Assembly: GCA_046734555.1 (NCBI GenBank)
Contig: JBKPRM010000150.1
Coordinates: forward strand, 1 to 26,378
Reading direction: 5' to 3'
Length of the DNA stretch: 26,378 nt
Source of the DNA: Actinomycetota bacterium
Lineage (GTDB): Bacteria > Actinomycetota > UBA4738 > HRBIN12
In this document: piece after piece, positions 1 through 7,004 of the stretch
Layout of the letters: each line of letters starts with the position of its first letter
Position numbering within the stretch: the first letter of the stretch is position 1
Notes under the pieces: generated by a model
What the model saw: the letters and a program-made list of their open reading frames with translations, nothing else
Told to the model about the DNA's origin: nothing
Databases searched by the model: none
Translations under genes and position numbers: made by a program

Positions 1-23
1 CTCCTGTTCCACGAGCGGGAAGG

Positions 24-761
24 TCAGACGACGCGCTCGAGGCCGCCGCCGTTCGCGGAGGCCTCGAGCGCGTCTCGATCCGTTGAGGCACGACCGGGAG
101 GGGTGGCCTTGCCGAATCGGATCGCTGCGACGACCGCATCGGTCTTCGAGTGGACGCCGAGCTTCGTGAGGATGTTCTGCGTGTGGGTGCGAAGCGTGTG
201 CCGCGACATGCCGAGCTGCGTGGTGATCGTGTCGGGGGAGAGGCCATCGGCCATCGCCTGGAGGATCTCGAGCTCGCGCGGCGTCAGCCGCTCGACGCGT
301 CGCTCGAGGTCGCGGTCGCGCTCAGAGCGGGTGCGCTCCGCGCGGAGGACCCGGTTCACCTCGGACGGCCGATGGAGGGGCTCGCCCCGGGAGGCGCGTC
401 GGACCGCCGACGCGACATCCTGGATCGGGGAGGTCTTGGGGAGCAGCCCGCGAGCGCCGGCCTGGATCGCGCGCGCGAGGATCGCGTCGTCGTCCTCACC
501 GGTGAGGATCACGATCGCGCTGCGACCGCCTTGGGTGCGGATCCGGCGTGTGGCCTCGATGCCGTCGGCGCCGGGCATCCGCAGGTCCATGAGGACGACG
601 TCGGGCTCCGTCTCGAGCGTGGTGGTGACCGCGAGCTCGCCGTCCCCCACCACTTCGATCACGCTCAGGTCCTGTTCGCGATCCAAGGCGATCTGCATCG
701 CCTCGCCGAACGAGCGATGGTCATCCGCGATCACGATCGTGATGGGGTCGGTCGGAGCCAT
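24..761 (-). CDS. NarL/LuxR-family response regulator (REC + LuxR HTH)
   Basis: REC domain (IVIADDH...VVLMDLRMPGADG, with the phosphoacceptor Asp) followed by LuxR HTH (LTPRELEILQAMADGLS...LGMSRHTLRTHTQNILTKLGVHSK). No kinase partner in the window; a GGAG after the stop suggests another minus-strand gene follows beyond position 1. Confidence 0.95.
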   Translation of the reverse strand: MAPTDPITIVIADDHRSFGEAMQIALDREQDLSVIEVVGDGELAVTTTLETEPDVVLMDLRMPGADGIEATRRIRTQGGRSAIVILTGEDDDAILARAIQAGARGLLPKTSPIQDVASAVRRASRGEPLHRPSEVNRVLRAERTRSERDRDLERRVERLTPRELEILQAMADGLSPDTITTQLGMSRHTLRTHTQNILTKLGVHSKTDAVVAAIRFGKATPPGRASTDRDALEASANGGGLERVV

Positions 762-823
762 GCGAGGGCGATGGTAGGCCCAGCAACCACTCGAACCGCG
801 TAGGCACGCCGCCCCATTTTGTC

Positions 824-845
824 CTGTCCCCTAAGGAGGGGACAG
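824..845. promoter_or_regulatory. Perfect 9-bp inverted repeat (CTGTCCCCT-AAGG-AGGGGACAG) in divergent intergenic region; candidate operator
   Basis: Read directly from the sequence; lies between the divergent starts at 761 and 912, so a terminator role is unlikely. Confidence 0.5.
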
Positions 846-872
846 CAGATGACGCAACGGCCGTCGGAGAGA

Positions 873-902
873 TTGACAGCCGTTCCGGCGCACACCTAGC
901 GT
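873..902 (+). promoter_or_regulatory. Housekeeping-sigma promoter for hadA/hadB-like genes
   Basis: TTGACA (873-878), 18-nt spacer, TAGCGT (897-902, TANNNT); ATG follows 9 nt later with no SD. Confidence 0.6.
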
Positions 903-911
903 CCGCCACCG

Positions 912-1292
912 ATGAACCCGGCGGCTGAGGGCACCGTGTATCCCGACGTCGCGTTCACGGTCGATCCTGCGCGCGTCGCGGCGTTCCGCCAGGTCTTCGG
1001 CCTGGAAACCGGCGTGCCGCCGACCTTCGTCACGGCGGCGGAGTTCTCGGTCCTGCCCGAGATCTTGGCCGATCCGAACCTCGGGGTCGACTTCACTCGG
1101 ATCGTTCACGGCTCGCAGGAGTACCGCTTCGAACGTCCGCTCCTCGAGGGCGAGACGCTCACCGTTCGCGCGAAGGTCGCATCGATCAAGCAGAAGGGCG
1201 GCACCGGGTTCCTCACGATCGAGACCGAGCTGCGCGACGACGAGGGGCTCGTCTGCCTCGCCCGGTCCCAGATGATCGAGCGCGACGCATGA
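912..1292 (+). CDS. MaoC-like hotdog-fold dehydratase subunit (HadA-like, FAS1-dehydratase N-terminal type)
   Basis: PPTF and IVHGSQEYRFERPLLEGETLTV motifs; paired with the next gene upstream of tRNA-Trp-secE, like actinobacterial hadAB. Confidence 0.85.
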   Translation: MNPAAEGTVYPDVAFTVDPARVAAFRQVFGLETGVPPTFVTAAEFSVLPEILADPNLGVDFTRIVHGSQEYRFERPLLEGETLTVRAKVASIKQKGGTGFLTIETELRDDEGLVCLARSQMIERDA

Positions 1293-1708
1293 TCGCGCTC
1301 GACGAGCTCGCCGAAGGACAGGAGCTCCCCGAGCTCGCGCGCGTCGTCACCGCCGAAGACGTGAAGGCCTATGCCGACGCGGGAGGTGACCAGAACCCGT
1401 TGCACCAAGACGACGCGTTCGCGCGGAGCGTCGGTTTCGACGGGATCATCGCGCACGGCATGTTCACGATGGGTCACATGGCCGCCGCGATCGCCGCGTG
1501 GACGGGAGGCGTAGGAGTCGTCGAGCGCCTGAGCGCCCAGTTCCGGGCCCCGGTACCGATGGGCGCGCGGATCGTCGCCGGCGGACGCGTGCGGACGATC
1601 GATCGAGCCGCCAGAGCCGTGACGTTGGAGACGTGGGTACGACTTGAACACGATGCCTCTCGCGAGTGGCCGATCCGCAAGGGCGAGGCCGTCGTGCGAC
1701 TGACCTAG
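1289..1708 (+). CDS. MaoC-family (R)-specific hydratase/dehydratase (HadB-like)
   Basis: Hydratase-2 motif YADAGGDQNPLHQDDAFARSVGFDGIIAHGM with catalytic Asp/His; ATGA overlap with the upstream gene. Confidence 0.92.
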   Translation: MIALDELAEGQELPELARVVTAEDVKAYADAGGDQNPLHQDDAFARSVGFDGIIAHGMFTMGHMAAAIAAWTGGVGVVERLSAQFRAPVPMGARIVAGGRVRTIDRAARAVTLETWVRLEHDASREWPIRKGEAVVRLT

Positions 1709-1711
1709 CGA

Positions 1712-1738
1712 GAGGGGCGGCCCTTCGGGCCGCCCCTC
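1712..1738. terminator. Hairpin terminator between convergent genes
   Basis: GAGGGGCGGCCC-TTC-GGGCCGCCCCTC perfect 12-bp stem directly after the hadB-like stop; a second small hairpin GCTGCG-GGAA-CGCAGC follows at 1742-1757. No long U-tract. Confidence 0.8.
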
Positions 1739-1759
1739 GACGCTGCGGGAACGCAGCTG

Positions 1760-3382
1760 TTACGCGATGTCGCGCCGTACGCCCGACATCGCCCGGATCG
1801 CATCCGACATCCGGTCGACCACGATCTGCAGGTCGTTGCCGACGCCCTCGTCGACGCGCACCGACAGGCGGTCGATCTTCGCGCCGAGCACCTCGGCGAC
1901 CTTCAGCATCGCCTCGGCCTGCTCTTGGCCCTCGCGATGGAGCTGGTCGGCAACCTGCTGGAACCGCATGTCGATCGACCCGAGCATGTCGGTCGCCATG
2001 CCGGCCTGCAGCTCCTTCACCGAGCGAAGGACAGAGCGCAACAGCTCGGCGTCGAGCCGGTCGTCGGGCGCCTGCTCAACCACCTGGTCCATCTTGTTGG
2101 CCAGAACCTGGCTGTCGGAGCGCACGAGTCGGGCGACCTGCGCCATCCGCTCGTCGAGGTGCCCCATGATCCGCTCCTGAAAGGCCTGCTGGCTTTCGGC
2201 GATCAACTCGTCGAGCCCGTCGACCTGACCGGCCGCCGAGCTCACGCGCTCGAGGTTCCGCTCGACCGATGCGGAGGCCGCGGTCGACAACGCGAGCACC
2301 TGCTCGGTCATGGTCCGCTCGAGCGAGTCCATCCGCTCCTCGACGACCTGGGCCAGCGCGTTCATCCGTTGGTCGATCGCCTGGGTGATCGCCGCTTCGT
2401 CGAACGTGATCTGGCCGTCCTCGCCGACCGAGATCGCGGAGGCCTGCCGCTCCTCGATCAGCTTCTGGAGGGCGCGAGCGTCCGAGCGCATCAGTTCGGC
2501 GAGCCCGCGCATCCGCGCGTCGATCATGCGCTCGACCGCGGCCTGCAGCTGCTCCTGGTCGCGGCCGTGCAGCCCGACCTTCTCCTTGATCAGCTCCAGC
2601 TGCGCCATCACGTCGTCGCCCGTCGTCCCGACGGCGTCGATCACGTGCTGCGTGATGTTGTGGTCTTGGAGCACGAACAGCTTCGCGTGCTCTTCGATCC
2701 GCTGGGCGAGCCGGCCGATCGCTTCGGCGCCGCCCTGGACGTAGGCCTGCATCGACTCGACGATCCGCGCGGTCTCGCTCGCGATGAGCTCGCTGTGCTC
2801 CTTCACCTGCGTGCGGAGCTCCTCGGCGATCTCGTTGTCGCGCTCGTCGAAATGCGTGAACGTCTCCGCGATGTGTCGCTCGACCTGCTCGAGCTGGGTG
2901 CGCACCATCTCGACGCCGTGCAACGTCGGGGACTGCGCGATCTCGCGGATGGACTCCGCCGCGGCCTCCATCGCCTCGCGCGTCCGCCGCTCCGACTCGC
3001 TCAGGTCGCCGAGGTTGTCCTCGAGGCGCGCCGTCCGCATCGCGATCGCCTGGAAGCGCTCGTCGCTGGTCGCGAGGAGGGACCTGATCGTCTGATCCTT
3101 CGACAGGATCGTCAAGATCCGTTCCTGCTCGGGGCGCACGTCGCTCGCCGAGGTCCGCCAAACCTCGCCGGCCACCTCGCGCATCAGATGCGATGCGGAC
3201 GTCTCCATGTCGGCGATGCCCTGCTGCAGGCGTTCGTCGATGGCACGACGGATGAGGTCGTCGAGCCCTGCTTCGGTGTCCGTCTTGGGCGGCTCGGCAG
3301 GGGCCTGCTCGCGACGGGGGAAGATGCCACGGCGGAGGGATCCGGACTCCTCCGGCGTGTGCGTCGTTTCGCTCGTGTCCAT
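1760..3382 (-). CDS. Hypothetical 540-aa acidic, all-helical/coiled-coil protein with degenerate internal repeats
   Basis: Long ORF with protein-like E/D/R/A/L/M-rich composition, GAGG SD upstream of ATG, ends at a terminator hairpin; no transmembrane segment, signal peptide or enzyme motif recognised. Confidence 0.85.
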   Translation of the reverse strand: MDTSETTHTPEESGSLRRGIFPRREQAPAEPPKTDTEAGLDDLIRRAIDERLQQGIADMETSASHLMREVAGEVWRTSASDVRPEQERILTILSKDQTIRSLLATSDERFQAIAMRTARLEDNLGDLSESERRTREAMEAAAESIREIAQSPTLHGVEMVRTQLEQVERHIAETFTHFDERDNEIAEELRTQVKEHSELIASETARIVESMQAYVQGGAEAIGRLAQRIEEHAKLFVLQDHNITQHVIDAVGTTGDDVMAQLELIKEKVGLHGRDQEQLQAAVERMIDARMRGLAELMRSDARALQKLIEERQASAISVGEDGQITFDEAAITQAIDQRMNALAQVVEERMDSLERTMTEQVLALSTAASASVERNLERVSSAAGQVDGLDELIAESQQAFQERIMGHLDERMAQVARLVRSDSQVLANKMDQVVEQAPDDRLDAELLRSVLRSVKELQAGMATDMLGSIDMRFQQVADQLHREGQEQAEAMLKVAEVLGAKIDRLSVRVDEGVGNDLQIVVDRMSDAIRAMSGVRRDIA

Positions 3383-3514
3383 AGACGCCTCGCTTGTCCA
3401 GGGGGCCGCGCGTGGTCGTCCCGGGGAGCATATGGCCCGCTTCGCGCCGACTCACGTATCTGACGTGGGGAAATGACCTGGCATCCGGCCGACTTCTGAG
3501 CCCCCCACCGGGGC

Positions 3515-3520
3515 TATACT
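3515..3520 (+). promoter_or_regulatory. -10 element (TATACT) of tRNA-Trp-secE promoter
   Basis: TATACT about 40 nt before the tRNA, followed by GC-rich sequence; no clear -35. The same CTATACTGGG context occurs at the nusG promoter. Confidence 0.55.
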
Positions 3521-3561
3521 GGGTCGCCCGGGGGCCCGAACCCTCCGGGGACCGGCCGCGA

Positions 3562-3635
3562 AGGCGCGTAGCTCAATCTGGTAGAGCACCGGTCTCCAAA
3601 ACCGGGGGTTGGGGGTTCAAGTCCCTCCGCGCCTG
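3562..3635 (+). tRNA. trnW: tRNA-Trp (anticodon CCA), 3' CCA not encoded
   Basis: Acceptor stem AGGCGCG/CGCGCCT, D arm GCTC..GAGC, anticodon arm CCGGT-CT CCA AA-ACCGG (CCA at 3596-3598), T arm GGTTCAAGTCC; canonical position before secE. Confidence 0.97.
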
Positions 3636-3648
3636 CAAAGGGAGCAGC

Positions 3649-3954
3649 ATGAATCGAGAGATGAAGCGAGCCCAGGCGAAGGCCGAGCGGCAGCAGAAGG
3701 CGGCCGGCTTGGACCGGCGCTCGACCCCCCAGGCAGCCACACGCCGTGTCGCGGTGCAGGAGAAGCGCAAGCGCACGGGTCCGATGCAGTTCCTGCGCGA
3801 GGTTCGCCTCGAGCTGAAGAAGGTCGACTGGCCGACGCGGACCGAGCTCACCACCTACTCGACCGTCGTGCTCGTGACGATCACCGTGCTCACGGCGTTC
3901 GTGTTCGGTGTCGACTACCTGCTGACGAAGTTCCTGTTCCCGATCTTCAACTGA
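3649..3954 (+). CDS. secE: Preprotein translocase subunit SecE (101 aa)
   Basis: FLREVRLELKKVDWPTRTEL motif plus one transmembrane helix; true start is the ATG at 3649 after SD AAGGGAG (the ORF-track start at 3394 is spurious). Confidence 0.97.
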   Translation: MNREMKRAQAKAERQQKAAGLDRRSTPQAATRRVAVQEKRKRTGPMQFLREVRLELKKVDWPTRTELTTYSTVVLVTITVLTAFVFGVDYLLTKFLFPIFN

Positions 3955-3971
3955 GACGGACGGAAGGAGCT

Positions 3972-4001
3972 TTGCCGGGCGTCCGGACCCGCTCCTATAC
4001 T
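3972..4001 (+). promoter_or_regulatory. Housekeeping-sigma promoter for nusG
   Basis: TTGCCG (3972-3977), 18-nt spacer, TATACT (3996-4001). Confidence 0.7.
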
Positions 4002-4109
4002 GGGCCAACGCTGGGCGCGAGCGTCCGACGGGGCGCTCCGAGGGTTCCTCTCGATGCCCCTCGGGCCGGTCCGGGCCCGCACCCCGAACCTCGACCGTAA
4101 GGATCCACC

Positions 4110-5096
4110 GTGAGCGACGAGCAGACGAACGACGAGATCGACGCCCGGCCGACGGCGCCGGTGATGACCGACGACGCGCAGCCGGAACCCGCTGGCGACG
4201 ACGTCGCCGGCGTGGAGGCGGACGAGGGGACCGACGTCACCGGCGGCGCTGTGGAGCCGGCAACCACCGAAACCGACGCGGTCGAAACCGATGGTCCTGC
4301 GACCCCCGACGATGTCGCACCGTTGGAGGCCGAGGCTCCGGCGGAGACCGAGATCGTCGAGACGTTCATCGAACAGCCGGTCGAGGCCGGCGACGTGGCG
4401 ACCGTCGACGTCGAGACCGTCCAGATCGAGGAGCCTGCCTCGCCGGCCGAGCCCACCGCTCCCATCGAGGAACCGGTCGAGGAACCGGTCGCAGCTGCGG
4501 AGCCCGCCGCCGAACCGACCGAGGAGGTCGTCGAGGCCGACTCCGGCGACGACCCCTTCCGCGGGCCAGGGGACTGGTACGTCGTCCACACCTACGCCGG
4601 CTACGAGAACAAGGTCAAGGCCAACCTCGAGTCGCGCATCCACACGATGCAGATGGAGGGCAAGATCTTCCGCGTCCACATCCCGATGGAAGACGTGATG
4701 GAGATCAAGGGCGGCAAGAAGCAGATCGTCCAGAAGAAGGTCTTCCCCGGCTACCTGCTGGTGAAGATGGACTACGACAACGACTCCTGGTACGTCGTTC
4801 GCAACACGCCTGGCGTCACGGGATTCGTCTCGGCCGGCACGGGACAGAAGCCGACGCCCCTGTCGCGCCGCGAGATCGAGAAGATCCTCGTCGTCAAGAA
4901 GGAGGAGCACAAGCCGGCGGTCCGCCTCGGGTTCGAAGAGGGCGACGTCGTGCGGATCACGTCGGGGCCCTTCGCCGATTTCAACGGCACGATCTCCGAG
5001 ATCAACCCGGACCAGGCGAAGCTCAAGGTGCTCGTCAACATCTTCGACCGCGAGACGCCGGTCGAACTGTCCTTCGACCAGGTGGCGAAGGTCTAG
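4110..5096 (+). CDS. nusG: Transcription termination/antitermination factor NusG with long acidic N-terminal extension
   Basis: NGN domain [22 protein letters not shown]...[10 protein letters not shown] and KOW domain [21 protein letters not shown]...[17 protein letters not shown]; GTG start after SD TAAGGA. Confidence 0.98.
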   Translation: MSDEQTNDEIDARPTAPVMTDDAQPEPAGDDVAGVEADEGTDVTGGAVEPATTETDAVETDGPATPDDVAPLEAEAPAETEIVETFIEQPVEAGDVATVDVETVQIEEPASPAEPTAPIEEPVEEPVAAAEPAAEPTEEVVEADSGDDPFRGPGDWYVVHTYAGYENKVKANLESRIHTMQMEGKIFRVHIPMEDVMEIKGGKKQIVQKKVFPGYLLVKMDYDNDSWYVVRNTPGVTGFVSAGTGQKPTPLSRREIEKILVVKKEEHKPAVRLGFEEGDVVRITSGPFADFNGTISEINPDQAKLKVLVNIFDRETPVELSFDQVAKV

Positions 5097-5644
5097 CGCT
5101 CGCGGGTGCGCCAGCGCTCGCGCGTCGTTGCGTAGATCACGGCATCGAACACCTCGTCGCCGTCGCGCACCTGCGCCGCGTGGTCGAAGGTCATCCCGAG
5201 CCGCCTCATCACCGCGAGGCTCCTCGCGTTCTCCGGTTCGGTGATCGAGATGACGCGGTCCAGTCCCAGCGGCCCGAACCCATGGTCGAGCCACGCGGTC
5301 GCGGCCTCGGTCGCGTATCCGGAGCCCCAGTGGGCGCGAGCCAGCCGCCAGCCGGCTTCGACGTCGTCCGGATACGACTGCTGATGATGCAGGCCACACA
5401 TCCCGAGGAAGACGCCGTCCTCCTTGCGTTCCACGGCGAGGAGTCCGAACCCGTCACGCTCGAAGCATCCTTGCGCCCACGCGGCGATGTCGTCTGAGTC
5501 CTCCCGCGAGATCGGTCCGCCGAGCCAGCGAGCGACCTCCGGATCCGCGTTGAGCGCCGCGTACGCGGGGAGGTCTGTCTCGCGGAAGGTTCGAAGCACC
5601 AGCCGAGGCGTCGTGAGGATGACCGTACCGTCCCAGGTGACCAT
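5093..5644 (-). CDS. GNAT N-acetyltransferase, RimJ/RimL family (183 aa)
   Basis: ILTTPRLVLRTFRETD...ADPEVARWL, EAGWRLARAHWGSGYATEAA (acetyl-CoA loop), ENARSLAVMRRLGM. The likely start is the ATG at 5644; the upstream extension to 5767 is not protein-like. Confidence 0.92.
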   Translation of the reverse strand: MVTWDGTVILTTPRLVLRTFRETDLPAYAALNADPEVARWLGGPISREDSDDIAAWAQGCFERDGFGLLAVERKEDGVFLGMCGLHHQQSYPDDVEAGWRLARAHWGSGYATEAATAWLDHGFGPLGLDRVISITEPENARSLAVMRRLGMTFDHAAQVRDGDEVFDAVIYATTRERWRTRER

Positions 5645-5711
5645 CGCGCTCGCGAGGCTAGCCGCTCCGCTACCATGAGTGGGTTCCCGACCGGGAACGA
5701 GAGACCCTACG

Positions 5712-5746
5712 GCGGGAGGTCGCCTCGGCGCGACCGTTGGAACCGC
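5712..5746 (+). promoter_or_regulatory. L1-binding autoregulatory leader of rplK-rplA
   Basis: GCGG-GAG-GTCGC-(6 nt)-GCGAC-C-GTTGGAA-CCGC: two stems flanking an asymmetric internal loop, the same layout as the E. coli rplK leader L1 site as I recall it; sits immediately before SD AGGAGG. A -10 TACCAT lies at 5671-5676. Confidence 0.8.
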
Positions 5747-5760
5747 AGGAGGAGCAGCAC

Positions 5761-6192
5761 ATGGCACCGAAGAAGAAGGTCCTCGCCGTCGTCACGCTGC
5801 AGATCAGGGCGGGCGCGGCGACCCCCGCGCCGCCGGTCGGTACCGCGCTCGGCCAGCACGGCGTGAACATCATGGACTTCGTCAACCAGTACAACGCCGC
5901 GACGCAGCAGTACGCCGGCCAGGTCATCCCTGCGGTCCTCACGATCTTCGAGGACCGCTCGTTCTCGTTCATCTTGAAGCAGCCGCCGATGGCCGAGCTG
6001 ATCAAGCAGGAGGCCCGCATCGAGAAGGGGTCGGGGGTGCCGAACCGCGACAAGGTCGCGACGCTGTCCAGCGATCAGGTGCGTCGGATCGCCGAGCGCA
6101 AGATGCCCGACCTGAACGCGAACGACGTCGACATGGCGATGCGGATCGTGGCGGGCACCGCCCGCAGCATGGGTGTGGAGGTGCAGGTGTGA
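5761..6192 (+). CDS. rplK: 50S ribosomal protein L11
   Basis: [22 protein letters not shown]...EDRSFSF...KMPDLNA...GTARSMG; start MAPKKK at 5761 after SD AGGAGG. Confidence 0.99.
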   Translation: MAPKKKVLAVVTLQIRAGAATPAPPVGTALGQHGVNIMDFVNQYNAATQQYAGQVIPAVLTIFEDRSFSFILKQPPMAELIKQEARIEKGSGVPNRDKVATLSSDQVRRIAERKMPDLNANDVDMAMRIVAGTARSMGVEVQV

Positions 6193-6899
6193 GCGGCCAC
6201 GGCAAGCGCTACGAGCAGGCGGCGGCCACCTTCGACCGCGAGGCCGAACACACACCGTCACAGGCGATCAAGCTCATCAAGGGGTTCCCCGGAGCCAAGT
6301 TCGACGAGACCGTCGAGGTCTCGTTCCGGCTGGGGATCGACACCCGCAAGCAGGATCAGGCGCTTCGAGGAACGGTGTCGCTGCCACACGGCACCGGCAA
6401 GAGTGTCCGGGTCGCCGTGTTCGCGCAAGGAGAGAAGGCGCGCGAAGCCCGCGACGCGGGAGCCGACGTCGTCGGCGCCGGCGAGCTCGTCGAGCAGGTG
6501 ATGAAAGGCGAGATCGACTTCGATGCGGCGATCGCGGCGCCCGACATGATGTCTGAGGTCGGGAAGGCGGGCCGGGTGCTCGGTCCGCGAGGCCTGATGC
6601 CCAACCCGAAGACGGGCACCGTCACGAACGACATCGCGAAAGCTGTCGCTGACATCAAGGGCGGCCGCATCGAGTACCGGGCCGATCGCACAGGCATCTT
6701 GCACATGATCATCGGGAAGAAGTCGTTCGAGGAGCGAGCGCTGCTCGAGAACTACCTCGCCGCGGTCGACGAGGTGCTCAAGGCCAAGCCCTCGAGCGCG
6801 AAAGGCCGCTACATCGAGTCGCTCGTCGTCTCATCGACGATGGGTCCCGGCGTGCGGATCGACCCGACGAAGCCGAGGGAGCTCGAAGGCGTCTCCTGA
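6189..6899 (+). CDS. rplA: 50S ribosomal protein L1
   Basis: HGKRY...[35 protein letters not shown]...[19 protein letters not shown]...[11 protein letters not shown]; GTG start overlaps the rplK stop (GTGA). Confidence 0.99.
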   Translation: MSGHGKRYEQAAATFDREAEHTPSQAIKLIKGFPGAKFDETVEVSFRLGIDTRKQDQALRGTVSLPHGTGKSVRVAVFAQGEKAREARDAGADVVGAGELVEQVMKGEIDFDAAIAAPDMMSEVGKAGRVLGPRGLMPNPKTGTVTNDIAKAVADIKGGRIEYRADRTGILHMIIGKKSFEERALLENYLAAVDEVLKAKPSSAKGRYIESLVVSSTMGPGVRIDPTKPRELEGVS

Positions 6900-6933
6900 T
6901 CCCAAGGCCCTCCGTGGGCGGGTCTGGTCGTGA

Positions 6934-6966
6934 CGAAGGGCGGGGGCCGTCGGCCCCCGCCCTTCG
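6934..6966. terminator. Hairpin terminator between convergent rplA and cheX
   Basis: CGAAGGGCGGGGGCC-GTC-GGCCCCCGCCCTTCG perfect 15-bp stem. Confidence 0.85.
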
Positions 6967-7004
6967 CGATGCTCGGCGAGAACAGGCAGATCTCGAGGAG
7001 ATGG

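Noticed and set aside
3522-3553. GC-rich hairpin before tRNA-Trp as a separate ncRNA or T-box
   Set aside because: Too short, has no T-box motif and overlaps the predicted TSS; best explained as tRNA precursor leader.
1760-3635. tRNA-Trp as an integration site for the 540-aa gene
   Set aside because: The gene lies 5' of the tRNA, and I found no duplicated tRNA 3' end or integrase.
5679-6188. 406-aa ORF suggesting an N-terminally extended L1 overlapping rplK
   Set aside because: The extension is an off-frame reading of rplK with R/G/A-rich junk composition; the real L1 starts at GTG 6189.
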